Below the pieces are notes generated by a model. The model was not told the origin of the DNA, ran no database searches, and saw nothing but the letters and a program-made list of their open reading frames with translations. DNA of 64,000 nucleotides, from NCBI GenBank assembly GCA_029856155.1, contig JAHQWL010000075.1:55561-119560 (forward strand). Reading direction: 5' to 3'. Within the stretch, counting starts at the first letter, position 1; the number at the start of each line of letters is the position of its first letter. This document shows, piece after piece, positions 1-10,663 of the stretch. This DNA comes from Promethearchaeia archaeon. GTDB lineage: Archaea; Asgardarchaeota; Lokiarchaeia; Sigyniarchaeales; SOKP01. A program made the position numbers and the translations under genes.

Positions 1-12
1 TCTTAATGAACG

Positions 13-453
13 ATGAGGGAATACAAGTTAACAAAAGCACATATTCAGCAGATTAATGACATTTCTAAAGCTACTCTAAAAATCTCCTTATTAGATATTA
101 AAAATGTAGAGAAATATCCATTTCTTTTAATAGTTCAATCAACAATAGAAAACTCAATAAAATTATCAATTTATCCACTAAAAAAAGAGAAAATTATAAA
201 GGTAACATTTTCAGGATTCGATTTTTCCAATAAAATTTTTGACGAAATCTCAAAAAACCTCCAGAATTTTCAAATTATTCATACATCGGGAGCCTTAATA
301 ATTAAGAAACAACTATTTTATGAATGTTATTTGAATTTAAGTTTAGAAGAAATCAAAGTTATGGATTTAAAAGCTTCTTTAGATGAGATTAAAAATATAT
401 TTAAAGAAATAAAAATAGAAGAAATTGGACTTAAAAAAAGCAAAGAAAATTAA
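13..453 (+). CDS. hypothetical protein (146 aa)
   Basis: Open ORF, 2 nt from the next same-strand gene; no motif recognised. Confidence 0.6.
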   Translation: MREYKLTKAHIQQINDISKATLKISLLDIKNVEKYPFLLIVQSTIENSIKLSIYPLKKEKIIKVTFSGFDFSNKIFDEISKNLQNFQIIHTSGALIIKKQLFYECYLNLSLEEIKVMDLKASLDEIKNIFKEIKIEEIGLKKSKEN

Positions 454-455
454 TT

Positions 456-905
456 ATGGATACTTGGAAAGTTTTTTTAAAATTCTCAGACGGTGAAGAT
501 AAAGAAATCGAATTATTTGATGCAAAAGTATATTTTGGCGGATACCTAAAGATAAAAAGAAGTTATTTTAATGCTCTTTTTAAAACAATCAAGATGACTA
601 AAAGATATTTTACTCAAAAAGCAATAGAAAAAGTAATTGGACCTAATAAAGATAACTGGACCCTTAATCCTTGGATGCTAATAATTGTTAAAGATAATGA
701 AAAAAGAAAACCATTTTGGTTTTTTATTAAAAGAGAAAAAGATCTCTCTGGGGTACTTGTTGCTATAGGACCTAAACCATTTGCAGAATTTAACAATAAA
801 AATTTATCAGAAGCAAAAAGAGAAATTAAGAGTCTGATAAATTATATTGTAGCATATTTAAATAAATTTAAATGTGTTATTATACTCCCAAATTACCTTC
901 CTTGA
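456..905 (+). CDS. hypothetical protein (149 aa)
   Basis: Open ORF, tightly coupled to 13..453; no motif recognised. Confidence 0.65.
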   Translation: MDTWKVFLKFSDGEDKEIELFDAKVYFGGYLKIKRSYFNALFKTIKMTKRYFTQKAIEKVIGPNKDNWTLNPWMLIIVKDNEKRKPFWFFIKREKDLSGVLVAIGPKPFAEFNNKNLSEAKREIKSLINYIVAYLNKFKCVIILPNYLP

Positions 906-920
906 AAGATTACTATCTAA

Positions 921-936
921 ATCAGATTAATCTGAT
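921..936. promoter_or_regulatory. perfect 16-bp palindrome ATCAGATTAATCTGAT (possible operator or terminator hairpin)
   Basis: Seen directly in intergenic DNA, followed by T-rich runs; function unknown. Confidence 0.3.
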
Positions 937-1098
937 AATTGTTTCTTTATTTTTTAATTTTAATTGCACAATTTGATGTTGAAACTTCAGAAAAATACAA
1001 AGAATATGCGAAAAATATTAAATTAAATTTTAATTATCAATTTTAATATCGGTTAATACAGAAAATACAACAATTTAAAATTAAATGGCTTATTAATC

Positions 1099-1893
1099 TT
1101 GAAGAAACTAAGTTTCAGAGTCATAATCTGCATACTAATAGTAAATTTGACTATTATTCCATTCCTTTTTGTATTAAAAGGCTATGGAACAACTGAAGAA
1201 ATAGATTCTAAGTTCGGGGATTCTCCAGAAATTGATGGATATATTGATCTTTTTTCAGGAGAATGGAATAAAGCTACAAAAGTGGAGCTTTTTTTAGATG
1301 ATTTACCTATTAAATTTTGGGTTATGCAAAATGAAGAAAATCTTTATATTTCTGTTCAATTTGATTTAGTATTAGAGTATCATAATGCCACTGAATTTAT
1401 TGGACTTATTATTTCAAATAGTTCTTCTGAGGATAAAGAAGAATTTATCGACGCGAAAATCCTTCAATTTTCTAATATTTCAGTAAATATATTTAACTAT
1501 TTTGACTATTATATTAACAATAGTATTTTTTCTATTGACACTGAAAAAAATGGTGATGGAGCAGCAAATTTGGATGGAACCACTTCCACATATGAGTTTT
1601 CTATTCCTATAAAGAATACTTTTGAAAATGAGGAGGATGTCGTATTAGATTATGGAAATACGTATGCTTTTAATATTACTTATGGAGATGTACCAATTTA
1701 TCCAAATGGAATAAAAAAAAGCACTATAGTTCTCATAAACCTAGGCTCATTACCCTCTTCATTACCAACACTTACTAATATAATTTTATTTGCATTTTGT
1801 ATAGTAATTTTTAGTATTCTGGGAATTCTCTACGTTTTTTATATATATAAAATTTTTAGATTGAAAGCAAATATTAAAAGAGTAAAACGGTAA
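1099..1893 (+). CDS. membrane-anchored extracellular protein, CBM9/DOMON-like beta-sandwich
   Basis: N-terminal signal/TM, P-x-IDG...EW motif (SPEIDGYID..GEW), NLYI and YEFSIP strands, C-terminal TM with basic tail. Confidence 0.6.
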   Translation: MKKLSFRVIICILIVNLTIIPFLFVLKGYGTTEEIDSKFGDSPEIDGYIDLFSGEWNKATKVELFLDDLPIKFWVMQNEENLYISVQFDLVLEYHNATEFIGLIISNSSSEDKEEFIDAKILQFSNISVNIFNYFDYYINNSIFSIDTEKNGDGAANLDGTTSTYEFSIPIKNTFENEEDVVLDYGNTYAFNITYGDVPIYPNGIKKSTIVLINLGSLPSSLPTLTNIILFAFCIVIFSILGILYVFYIYKIFRLKANIKRVKR

Positions 1894-1894
1894 A

Positions 1895-2311
1895 ATGTCA
1901 AAAATTCCTAAACAACAAGAAAAGGACCTAAAATCAAAGGAAAAATATCGATCTAACGAAAAATTTGCGTATAAATCTGTAATAATCTCAGCTATTTTAG
2001 GAGGAATTTTTTATACTATCTCTCTCTTCTTTAATACGGGATTTATAACTATTTTTATGAATAAAGATATATTTTGGAATTTTATTGATATCACCATTAA
2101 ATCAATAGCTATTATGTTGTTTTTTTTGTTTATGATAACGAGTGTTGGAAATTATAAAGAATTAATTGGTAAACCATTAAATTGGAAAGAATTACTTTTA
2201 TTATTCTTGCTTTCTATTGGTCAAACTATCTTAAATATTTGGGTTTTTACTTTTACGCTTTTTGGACTTGCTATCATACTAATCTACCTATATATAGTCC
2301 AAGAGTTCTAA
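1895..2311 (+). CDS. small integral membrane protein (about 4 TM)
   Basis: Hydrophobic segments; operonic with neighbours. Confidence 0.65.
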   Translation: MSKIPKQQEKDLKSKEKYRSNEKFAYKSVIISAILGGIFYTISLFFNTGFITIFMNKDIFWNFIDITIKSIAIMLFFLFMITSVGNYKELIGKPLNWKELLLLFLLSIGQTILNIWVFTFTLFGLAIILIYLYIVQEF

Positions 2312-2324
2312 AACAGAACTTCTT

Positions 2325-3080
2325 ATGAATTTAAAAATGAATTCGGAAATTTTATATATTGGACATAGAGGAACTAGAACTAATTTTGATGAAAATACTA
2401 TAGACGCATTTAAAAAAGCTATAGAATTTGGGGCGGAATATATTGAATTTGATGTCCGGAAAACTAAAGATAAAAAACTCATTATTCTGCATGATTCATC
2501 TTTAAATAGAACCACAAATGGCTCGGGGAAACTAAAAAACTTCAATTATAATGAAATTAAAAAATATAGGACTAAAAATCATAAATGTGCTATTCCACTC
2601 TTATCAGAAGTCTTAGAAGAGTTAAAAGGACTAGTAAAGTTTATAATTGAGTTAAAAGATGATGACTTAACAGACGGAATTCTAGAAATAGTTAATAATT
2701 ACAGCATATTAGAAGAATGTATATTTAGTGGGAGGAATTTAATAGATTTACAAGAAATTAAAAAGATTTATCCAAAAAGCAGAATATGCTATAATATTAC
2801 TAAAGGATTGGGACTCAAAATCAAAGATTTTTTGAGATTAGGGAGATTTAAACAATTAGAATTTAAACTAGATTTAATAAATCTAAGATCGAATCTAATA
2901 TCTTTAGAATTTATTGAAATTTGCCATAATAATAATATTAAATCTTTAGCATGGGACTTTATCTCATATAACAATCCAATATTTCAGATTAAATCTCTAA
3001 TTGATTTAGGTATTGATGGGATTTTATTTGACAATCATAGAAATATTACAAAAATTAAAAGCTGGGTCAGCTTAACTTAA
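2325..3080 (+). CDS. glycerophosphodiester phosphodiesterase family protein
   Basis: GHRG, ENT, EFDV, HD and IELK motifs, C-terminal GIDGI. Confidence 0.9.
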   Translation: MNLKMNSEILYIGHRGTRTNFDENTIDAFKKAIEFGAEYIEFDVRKTKDKKLIILHDSSLNRTTNGSGKLKNFNYNEIKKYRTKNHKCAIPLLSEVLEELKGLVKFIIELKDDDLTDGILEIVNNYSILEECIFSGRNLIDLQEIKKIYPKSRICYNITKGLGLKIKDFLRLGRFKQLEFKLDLINLRSNLISLEFIEICHNNNIKSLAWDFISYNNPIFQIKSLIDLGIDGILFDNHRNITKIKSWVSLT

Positions 3081-5137
3081 TTATCTTTCTTAATCCTTGA
3101 AATCCCGTTGGGCAAATATAAAATAATTTCATCTATGGATAATAATTTAACCCAAATTCTTGAGTCTTTATCAGCGTTTTTAATAAAATAAGATTTTATC
3201 TCTTTAGCTAGTTTTCCTTTGGTGAATCCACTTGATTTTGAGGGTATAATACTTACTACATTTTTGGTTTGCTTTTTTATTGCCGATTCTGGACCAGAAA
3301 TGATTTTTGGGTAAAATATTTTACTAGTATCCGTTAAATCCGCTTCTAAATCAATAATTTTTAATCCTATTGTCAATTCAGTCTTTGCATTTTTGATAAA
3401 ATTCTTTTTTCCAGAAATAATAAAAGACCCTTTTGGTAAAAACTCACCTGAAGGAGGACTTTTTGAAATTTGATTTGGTTGTATATAAAATATATCAACA
3501 ACACCCCAGTTCTCTTTCCATGCCCTTGAATAACTTGCCACAAAATCAGCAGTTTCATGAATAGTATTTAATGGAATTTTTTTATCTTCTGTATTTTTAA
3601 TTACTACTAATGGAGAGCCGGGGAAGTTAGTATGAAATACTAGATCTTTTGCTTCGATATAATTTTTAAAAATAGTTTCATTTGAACTAGCATCTCTCCC
3701 ACCGATAATTAGAAACCCATCAGAAGATATAAACCATCTATACTTCTCATACCATTTTTTCTTTGGCTTTTTAATTAGGAAATCAACTTCGGCTTCAATT
3801 GACTCTTTTTCAAGTTTTAATTTGTCAATTTTCTTTTTAGTTTTTTCAATGGCAATTATAGTTCCTTGAATTTTTTTCTCAGCTTTCTTACCCTTGGAGT
3901 ATATATCATTAGCATTTTGTCCAATACTTTTCTTTAAGTCAACGTAAACATTATGGTCGTTAACTCTTATTAATAGTTGATTAGTTGAAGGAATCACTTT
4001 TTCATAGAATTCTGTTCCATTTAAAGATTCCAATTTTGCTGTCTGCAGTTTATTATTAATTTCTACCCATTGGTAACCTTTTTTTTTTGCTTCCAATATC
4101 ACAGAATATAATTTTTCTAACGAATTTAAATTAGTATATATTAATTCTCCAATTTCGTAATATTTTTTCTTTTTATTCTTAAGCTCTTCAAGATATTCCT
4201 TTTGATTTTGTAAAATTTTTTCTTGAGATTTTATTTGATCATCAATTCTTTGATCTTTTGGACTCTTTAAGGCTTCAGAATCTATTTTAGAAAAAAATTC
4301 ATCAACAGCTTCATTAAATGTAAAAAAATGTTTTTTATCGTAATCTCTAAGAATTTCGATTTCAAAAGGAAGTACAGATATTTGATTCCCTTGTTGATCA
4401 AAAATGATTTGAGCATCAATTTTGCCAAATAATAATTGATTTCTTAAATTTTTAAAAGAATCATATAAATTTTGGTATTCTTCATCAGAAAGGTTTTTTC
4501 CAAGAAGTTTTTTATCAATCTTTCCTCTATGACATATTTCTTCACTATATAAACCAGATAGGTGGATATTTCTTGAAAGATCTCTGACAATTTCGACTTC
4601 AGAGTTTTTAAATAAATCTTTAAAATCTTCTTTATTTAATGTAATAAAATTCTTTCCTTGACTTTTAGGAAAAAAATACTCTTTTTGAGCAAGGAGCGCT
4701 CTCTCTCTAAATATTCTATATTTTTTCGCAATTTTAATAATATTTTTTTCATCTAAGAGGAGAAAATTTCCCTTATTAAATAATTCTATTACAAATTTCC
4801 AAGGTTTGTTTTCCCAATTGCTTAATTCGATTATGATGATTCGATCAAATTGATGTTGGGAAATTTTTAGTATCCTACGATTTCTTAAAAGTTTTCTTAA
4901 AGAACCAATATATTGACTGGGATAATTTGGAATAGGATAATCATAATCTGTTAAATTTATCCGAGAATCTTTTTTAATAATTAAATTTTTCTTTCCAAAA
5001 TTGGTATTGATTTTAATTATCAATAAATCTTCTATTTCATAGATATTTAGTATTGTACCATTGGTCAATATTGAATCTAATTCTTTAACAATAGCAAATA
5101 CGTCAAAATTAGAAAATTCTTGGGTTATTTTAATCAT
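3077..5137 (-). CDS. rqcH: ribosome quality control protein RqcH/Rqc2 (NFACT family)
   Basis: NFACT-N (FDRII, IELF-GN), central coiled coil, NFACT-R (WYEKYRWFISSDG..GGRDA..NE), SPPSGEFLPKGSF. Confidence 0.9.
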   Translation of the reverse strand: MIKITQEFSNFDVFAIVKELDSILTNGTILNIYEIEDLLIIKINTNFGKKNLIIKKDSRINLTDYDYPIPNYPSQYIGSLRKLLRNRRILKISQHQFDRIIIIELSNWENKPWKFVIELFNKGNFLLLDEKNIIKIAKKYRIFRERALLAQKEYFFPKSQGKNFITLNKEDFKDLFKNSEVEIVRDLSRNIHLSGLYSEEICHRGKIDKKLLGKNLSDEEYQNLYDSFKNLRNQLLFGKIDAQIIFDQQGNQISVLPFEIEILRDYDKKHFFTFNEAVDEFFSKIDSEALKSPKDQRIDDQIKSQEKILQNQKEYLEELKNKKKKYYEIGELIYTNLNSLEKLYSVILEAKKKGYQWVEINNKLQTAKLESLNGTEFYEKVIPSTNQLLIRVNDHNVYVDLKKSIGQNANDIYSKGKKAEKKIQGTIIAIEKTKKKIDKLKLEKESIEAEVDFLIKKPKKKWYEKYRWFISSDGFLIIGGRDASSNETIFKNYIEAKDLVFHTNFPGSPLVVIKNTEDKKIPLNTIHETADFVASYSRAWKENWGVVDIFYIQPNQISKSPPSGEFLPKGSFIISGKKNFIKNAKTELTIGLKIIDLEADLTDTSKIFYPKIISGPESAIKKQTKNVVSIIPSKSSGFTKGKLAKEIKSYFIKNADKDSRIWVKLLSIDEIILYLPNGISRIKKDN

Positions 5138-5209
5138 ATTATGTTTAAATCCTTATTTATCAATAATATATAATGATTTTTATAATAAATAATATTTATA
5201 CTATTAATT

Positions 5210-5650
5210 ATGGGAAAGCGCAAGAAGGTAGATATTAAAAAAAGAAGACATAAATTACTAAGAGAGAAGAAGAAAGAACTACAGAAAAAGAAAATTCAAA
5301 CTGAAAAAAAACCATTAACAATTTTGGATCTCCGATTAGAAAAGGAAACAAAGTTATATTGGATTCGCGCACTTACTGGCGCGTTAAGTGCAATCATAGG
5401 AAGACTTCTATTTGGATTAATAGGATGGTTTATGCTTCTATGGATGTTAATTTGGTGGTTTTTATTTCCTTTCGTAGTTAGTTTTATAATTTATAATTAT
5501 GACTATGATAAAGAAGAGTGGAATTGGAAAAATATAATTCTTCCAGGCATAGGTATGTTTTTCTTCTTGTTTATGATTTTCGGTGTTCTTATTCATACAA
5601 TACTTAATTTTATACCGGAATTTTCATCGGTCCTTGAGTTATTTCTATAA
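5210..5650 (+). CDS. EMC6/RAB5IF(OPTI)-like three-TM membrane protein
   Basis: LYWIR at TM1 start, acidic loop DYDKEEW, and G..F.LFM....T in TM3 match the Rab5ip/EMC6 family pattern. Confidence 0.6.
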   Translation: MGKRKKVDIKKRRHKLLREKKKELQKKKIQTEKKPLTILDLRLEKETKLYWIRALTGALSAIIGRLLFGLIGWFMLLWMLIWWFLFPFVVSFIIYNYDYDKEEWNWKNIILPGIGMFFFLFMIFGVLIHTILNFIPEFSSVLELFL

Positions 5651-5667
5651 GAATAAACCTTTCATCT

Positions 5668-6174
5668 TTATAATTGTATTCTTTGTATAATTTTTTTCTC
5701 TTTCTTTTCTTTTGATGTAAAAACAATTGCTTCTAAATTATAAATACGTTCACAATAAACACACTGTATTTTCAAGGGTTTCTCGTCTAAAACTAGAAAT
5801 TCAGTATCAATGGGTTCCTTTTCTGAATTTGAAATGCATGTCTCATTGACACATAATATTAATTTTTTAATAGTTTTTGGAAGTTCCACTTTTTTCTTTT
5901 CAATTACTTTATAATTTTCAATTAAAGAAATTGTAGCATTAGGAGATAGTATAGATATCTGTTGCATTTGTGTTTCATTTAAAAAAACATTCTCAATTTT
6001 TATTATATCTTTTGTTTGATATTTCTTTGATGAAACATTAACTCCAATGGTCATTAAATTTCTAGATTCATCAATTCCAGTAAGATTGAGAATTGTCAAA
6101 GCATACCCCGCATCTATATGATCAATTACAGTACCTTTAGATATTTTATCAATTTTTAATTTTTCTTCTAACAT
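5668..6174 (-). CDS. pyrI: aspartate carbamoyltransferase regulatory subunit
   Basis: GTVIDHI, KDIIKIE, Zn site CxNxxC...CxYC. Confidence 0.95.
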   Translation of the reverse strand: MLEEKLKIDKISKGTVIDHIDAGYALTILNLTGIDESRNLMTIGVNVSSKKYQTKDIIKIENVFLNETQMQQISILSPNATISLIENYKVIEKKKVELPKTIKKLILCVNETCISNSEKEPIDTEFLVLDEKPLKIQCVYCERIYNLEAIVFTSKEKKEKKIIQRIQL

Positions 6175-6239
6175 TTCCTTAAAAAAAAATTACCTTAATT
6201 GAAAAAATTTTTGATAATTGCAAAATAATATTTTTTACT

Positions 6240-7310
6240 TCATAATAATGGAATTGAAATAAAAAATAAAATGGCAGACAAAGAGAAATTATAAGATAAA
6301 TTGTCATCAATCTCTAAATCTAAATAATCCAATAATCCAATTATTAATGCACCCACTAAGGGAATTAAAAAAAACCCTAACAGGCTAAATCTATAAAAAC
6401 TTCTTAGCAAATATAATAAAATCAATCCAGATATGAAGGCAATAATAATACCAGAAATTAATCCTTCATACGTTTTATTTGTTTTTCTAATTCTTCTGTG
6501 TCCTATAGTCCTACCAATTAAATTAGATGTTATATCTCCAAAAATAGACATTACCATTGAAGTACAAATAATTACGGGACCTTTTGGTTGAATTAATCCA
6601 TAAATAATTATTATCGAAAAACATCCAATACTCATTGAAATGTGAGGTCCTAACCTTAAATGTAATTCTTTTTCTCTTAATAATTGATTGACTGGCTTTA
6701 AAGGGTAGATATCAGGTGTTAATATTCTAACTATATCAGCAGTTAATAAACCTAATAAGGATATCCCAACTAAAAAAATTACCAAATTTTGAGTAAAAAC
6801 CATTATATCCCCTCCAATATGAAATAATTCTGAAATGAAATCTGGTATGTATTCTAAAATATATACAAAAAAATTTTGGATTAAAAATCCAAGTGTAAAA
6901 TAAAAGAAAACAATTCCTAAAACCACTAAATGTGTTAATTTTCTATATATATCATACTTAAGAGGGAGTTCTGTAAATGATTGTGGTTCACTCTTATTCT
7001 CTCTATATTTAATATTTTTAACTCTATGTTTCTCTCGAGAAATGAAAAGATAGAAGAGAGGAAGGTAAAATCCAATAGAGCCGATTAGTAAAATATTAAA
7101 TGGAAAAACTAAGAATTCTTTGTTGGAGAGGTTTAAAAATTTTATCAGTATGAGATTAGCTGTAATTGACGTTATTAGAACTAACCCGTTTGATAAATTA
7201 TTGATAAATGCCCCCTTTTCCTTATTTTTTCTTGCTAAATACGTAATATAAAAAATAATAAACCCATAACTATACAGAGTACTAACAATTATTATCGAAA
7301 AAATGTTCAA
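6240..7310 (-). CDS. CTP-dependent lipid kinase (dolichol/phytol/diacylglycerol kinase family)
   Basis: Multi-TM; RKLTH, GD..S.LIG..G, KTYEG and IDDNL motifs. Confidence 0.8.
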   Translation of the reverse strand: MNIFSIIIVSTLYSYGFIIFYITYLARKNKEKGAFINNLSNGLVLITSITANLILIKFLNLSNKEFLVFPFNILLIGSIGFYLPLFYLFISREKHRVKNIKYRENKSEPQSFTELPLKYDIYRKLTHLVVLGIVFFYFTLGFLIQNFFVYILEYIPDFISELFHIGGDIMVFTQNLVIFLVGISLLGLLTADIVRILTPDIYPLKPVNQLLREKELHLRLGPHISMSIGCFSIIIIYGLIQPKGPVIICTSMVMSIFGDITSNLIGRTIGHRRIRKTNKTYEGLISGIIIAFISGLILLYLLRSFYRFSLLGFFLIPLVGALIIGLLDYLDLEIDDNLSYNFSLSAILFFISIPLL

Positions 7311-7530
7311 TAACGACCAAACTCATGAAAGTTTAATATTTAAAGGTTTTATTTTTTTTAATATTTTCTTGATGAAGAAGGAGTTAAAATATAAAAAAAA
7401 ATAATTGACATTCGTTAATTAAAGGCAATTCTTCTGAAATTAAAGTCTTTTGAAATGTTTGAATATTTAAAATCCTTTAATAAAGTTATAGAAAAAGATG
7501 ATTAAAATACAATAAAAAGTATAAAGAAAG

Positions 7531-7935
7531 CTAGCGTCCTTCAAAAATTTTATAGAGATTTTTTGCCGCAATTCTCATTACTTTTACAGTCTTCATTAGT
7601 GTATCAATTATAGTTCCAGCACATACAATCACTAATCTTCCAGCATTAGTAATAACAATATAACCATTTTCTGCTCTTACTATTATCTCACTTAAATCTT
7701 CTTGGAATAAAGTTTGGATTGTTGATCTCCCCGTCATTAACAATGCACTAGCGAGTCCGCAGAATTGGTCCCCATCAACATGATATTGTGGTAAAGCAGA
7801 GAAAGCTATTTGATATCCTTCAAAACTTACAAGTGCGATTGCTTCAATATCTGCATTGGAGGTTATAAATGTAATTTGAGGACTTATTTTTTCGATATCA
7901 TCTTGATTGATTCCTAAATCAGACCCAAATTGAAT
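7531..7935 (-). CDS. roadblock/LC7 (MglB/LAMTOR-like) protein, about 134 aa, probable ATT start
   Basis: Frame stays open from the track's 7743 to a stop at 7948-7950 and encodes IEAIALVSFEGYQIAFSALP; C-terminal half has EIIVRAENGYIVI. AGGTG SD-like motif lies 7 nt before the ATT. Confidence 0.8.
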   Translation of the reverse strand: MQFGSDLGINQDDIEKISPQITFITSNADIEAIALVSFEGYQIAFSALPQYHVDGDQFCGLASALLMTGRSTIQTLFQEDLSEIIVRAENGYIVITNAGRLVIVCAGTIIDTLMKTVKVMRIAAKNLYKIFEGR

Positions 7936-8356
7936 AAGTCTACACCTTTAGTGCTTTTAGGTTTTATAATTATTATTATAAATATAATAATTTTTATCTT
8001 ATTATATTTTTATTTTTAACATTTGAAGTTTATTTTAGGTTGAAATTAAAAAAATTAGATCAAAGATTTAATAATACATTCTAACTAGGATATTGATCCC
8101 TTCTATGATTATTCTTATAAATCACAATTTGTAAAAACTAAAAAAATATCAAATTTATCGATTTATCTAAATTATCTCAACCTACTATAATATTTTTATA
8201 GAAGTACTTTATTTACTATTCAAAAGTAAATTTTAATATTTTATAATCTTAAAAATATTTAACACAACCTTTGAGTTTTTTTAAGGGTTTGTGAATGAAT
8301 TTTTTAGACTAAAAATTAATTGATTAATAATTACGAGATATTAATAAAATCAGATT

Positions 8357-10663
8357 ATGATAACCACACGCGAATCTATAAGTTATCAGTACTCATTGAT
8401 TTTTGGATATTCGTCTCCAAATGATGTTGTTGTTGGAGATGTAATTGGTGTTGGAAGGCTAACGAGAAAAAAAGTGAATGAACTATCGCAAGAAGTTATT
8501 AAATATTTAACAATGTATAATGCGGTTTTAAGGGATTATACCGGGGCTGAATTATTTAGTATTGAGTTTGATTTATACAACTTTGATGAAAAAAGTGCTC
8601 GAATTAATATTTACCCAAAATCAATGATATTTATACCAGGTAAATTTAAGGACTGTGAAAGTCTATTACTTGCTTTAAAACCTGAGACGGGGGTTTTAGA
8701 TATACATAAATCTAGAGAATCATTGAATAATATAAGTAAGCTATTTTTTGAAGTAGAAGAGTTTTCTAATCGCCCAGAATTAAGGAAAGAAAATAAAGAA
8801 CAAGTATATGACAAATTTGCTACTAGGTTTAATAAAAAACTTTATGGAGAACTAATTGAAGATAAATGGAACAAAAAATTGATTGGTTTAAGTAAAACTC
8901 TGCCAACAGAAAAAGAAATGTTGAATACATATGCTAAGGTTATCTCTAACGTTGAGGTTTTGTGGTATAAAAAACCAATAGAGATTAAATTTTTAAATCC
9001 GAAATTTCAAAAATTTAGACCGCCTTTTATTGGGCAACAAGCTATTGAACATCTTAAGTTTTCAATATCTGAACCAAGTGCTAATTTTATTGTAGACAAG
9101 ACCTTAGATCTAGGCACTAATCTTATTAATTTAGCAAATACCGGAACTTTAGATGAATCTCAAGATGAATTAATTATTTTTATGATTAATCATATTAACC
9201 TTAAGATAAAAGAATATATTGAATCTCAAACAGCAGAATGGCTTGTATCCAATGTAAATAAGTTATTAATTGATTTACAAGAATTTTTAAATAAATTTTT
9301 AGAATATTCTAGAACTTTTCTCGGTACTGGTGAAATGGGGAATTTAAATGAATTACTTAGCAAATATGAACATTTTATATTAAATAAAGCGAAATTAGAA
9401 GGCGAAGATTTCGAGAATATCTATAAAATAACAGAAAAATTTATCGAACAATCACTAACCCAAAAAGATAGTTTACGGATAATAGAATTGAGTTCTGTAT
9501 TTAACTATTTTTCAGAAATTACCAATGCAAGTCTTAGTTTAATTAGAAAATCACTTCCAAAATATCTTTCTTATCGTCGATTAAAAACTCTAACTATTGA
9601 ATTGATAGATAATTTAGAGGAAAAATTTAATCAGGAGCGAAAACCAGCAAAAGTTTTAGGACAGAAATTAATAAGGAAATTTAAAGAATTTCTTTTTAAC
9701 CAAATTGAAACACACCCAATTATATTAAGAAAGGATCTTAAATTTAATGAAAAAGAACTGATAAATGAGTTTAATTTATTAGTGAATAAGAATGTTGATA
9801 TTTTCTTTAACAATGTAGCTTTAAAAATAGATGATTTAGTATCTTTTGCAGAAATCCAGATGGAATCCAATATAAATAGTATAAGGAATCACCTAGAAAA
9901 ATTTAAGAAGTTTTCAAGAGAATTAAATTATTTATTAAGCTACGTTCTAAGGTATTCTACGATAAAACGTTATATTAAGGAAGAACCTGATAAGGAAATC
10001 AGTGATCCTGTAACCTTCTCAAATAGATTTCATAGATTTTTAGAAAAGAGAATTGGAGGTATAAATTTAGAATGGAAATTTTATATACTTGAGTGGATTA
10101 AAGATTATTCTAAAAAATATCTTAAGCCAGAAGAACAAAGAACTTGGACATTAACAGAAGTATATGATGATTTTATTGGATATTTTGAAGAGAGAGAATT
10201 AGATGAGCAAAAAATAGAAAATTTCTTAAAATTCTTAGACATTTACATTCCAAAATTAATAAATCCCGAAGAGAGAAAATTGTTACTTGAATTTTATAAA
10301 AATTATGAACTTAGTATTGATATCAATATTGAATTTCCAAAGTATGTCAAAAATAGTATTAAAAATGAGTTAAAAAATCTAAATCCACAATTGGAAAATA
10401 TCATTCCTTTCAATTACTTTTATCTAGATGAGGATGAGACATTTTACAATTATGTTAAAAATTCAGAATTAAAATACTTTTCAAAATTAATACCAAGACC
10501 TTTAACTGTGACTCTAAAACATATTTTAACAAATGAAGAAAAAGAAATATTTAAAGGAGAGCTTTTTCATGTAATAGATTTCAAATTTTGGCATGATAAT
10601 GCTAGATTTGAATTATCAGATAATTTTAAAGAAGTCTATAGAGAATGGGTGAGAGAATTATGA
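8357..10663 (+). CDS. large hypothetical, mostly alpha-helical protein (768 aa)
   Basis: Long ORF; no motif recognised. Confidence 0.8.
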   Translation: MITTRESISYQYSLIFGYSSPNDVVVGDVIGVGRLTRKKVNELSQEVIKYLTMYNAVLRDYTGAELFSIEFDLYNFDEKSARINIYPKSMIFIPGKFKDCESLLLALKPETGVLDIHKSRESLNNISKLFFEVEEFSNRPELRKENKEQVYDKFATRFNKKLYGELIEDKWNKKLIGLSKTLPTEKEMLNTYAKVISNVEVLWYKKPIEIKFLNPKFQKFRPPFIGQQAIEHLKFSISEPSANFIVDKTLDLGTNLINLANTGTLDESQDELIIFMINHINLKIKEYIESQTAEWLVSNVNKLLIDLQEFLNKFLEYSRTFLGTGEMGNLNELLSKYEHFILNKAKLEGEDFENIYKITEKFIEQSLTQKDSLRIIELSSVFNYFSEITNASLSLIRKSLPKYLSYRRLKTLTIELIDNLEEKFNQERKPAKVLGQKLIRKFKEFLFNQIETHPIILRKDLKFNEKELINEFNLLVNKNVDIFFNNVALKIDDLVSFAEIQMESNINSIRNHLEKFKKFSRELNYLLSYVLRYSTIKRYIKEEPDKEISDPVTFSNRFHRFLEKRIGGINLEWKFYILEWIKDYSKKYLKPEEQRTWTLTEVYDDFIGYFEERELDEQKIENFLKFLDIYIPKLINPEERKLLLEFYKNYELSIDINIEFPKYVKNSIKNELKNLNPQLENIIPFNYFYLDEDETFYNYVKNSELKYFSKLIPRPLTVTLKHILTNEEKEIFKGELFHVIDFKFWHDNARFELSDNFKEVYREWVREL

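Noticed and set aside
8263-8293. Imperfect hairpin upstream of the 768-aa gene
   Set aside because: It relies on several G-T pairs in AT-rich DNA and is not distinguishable from chance.
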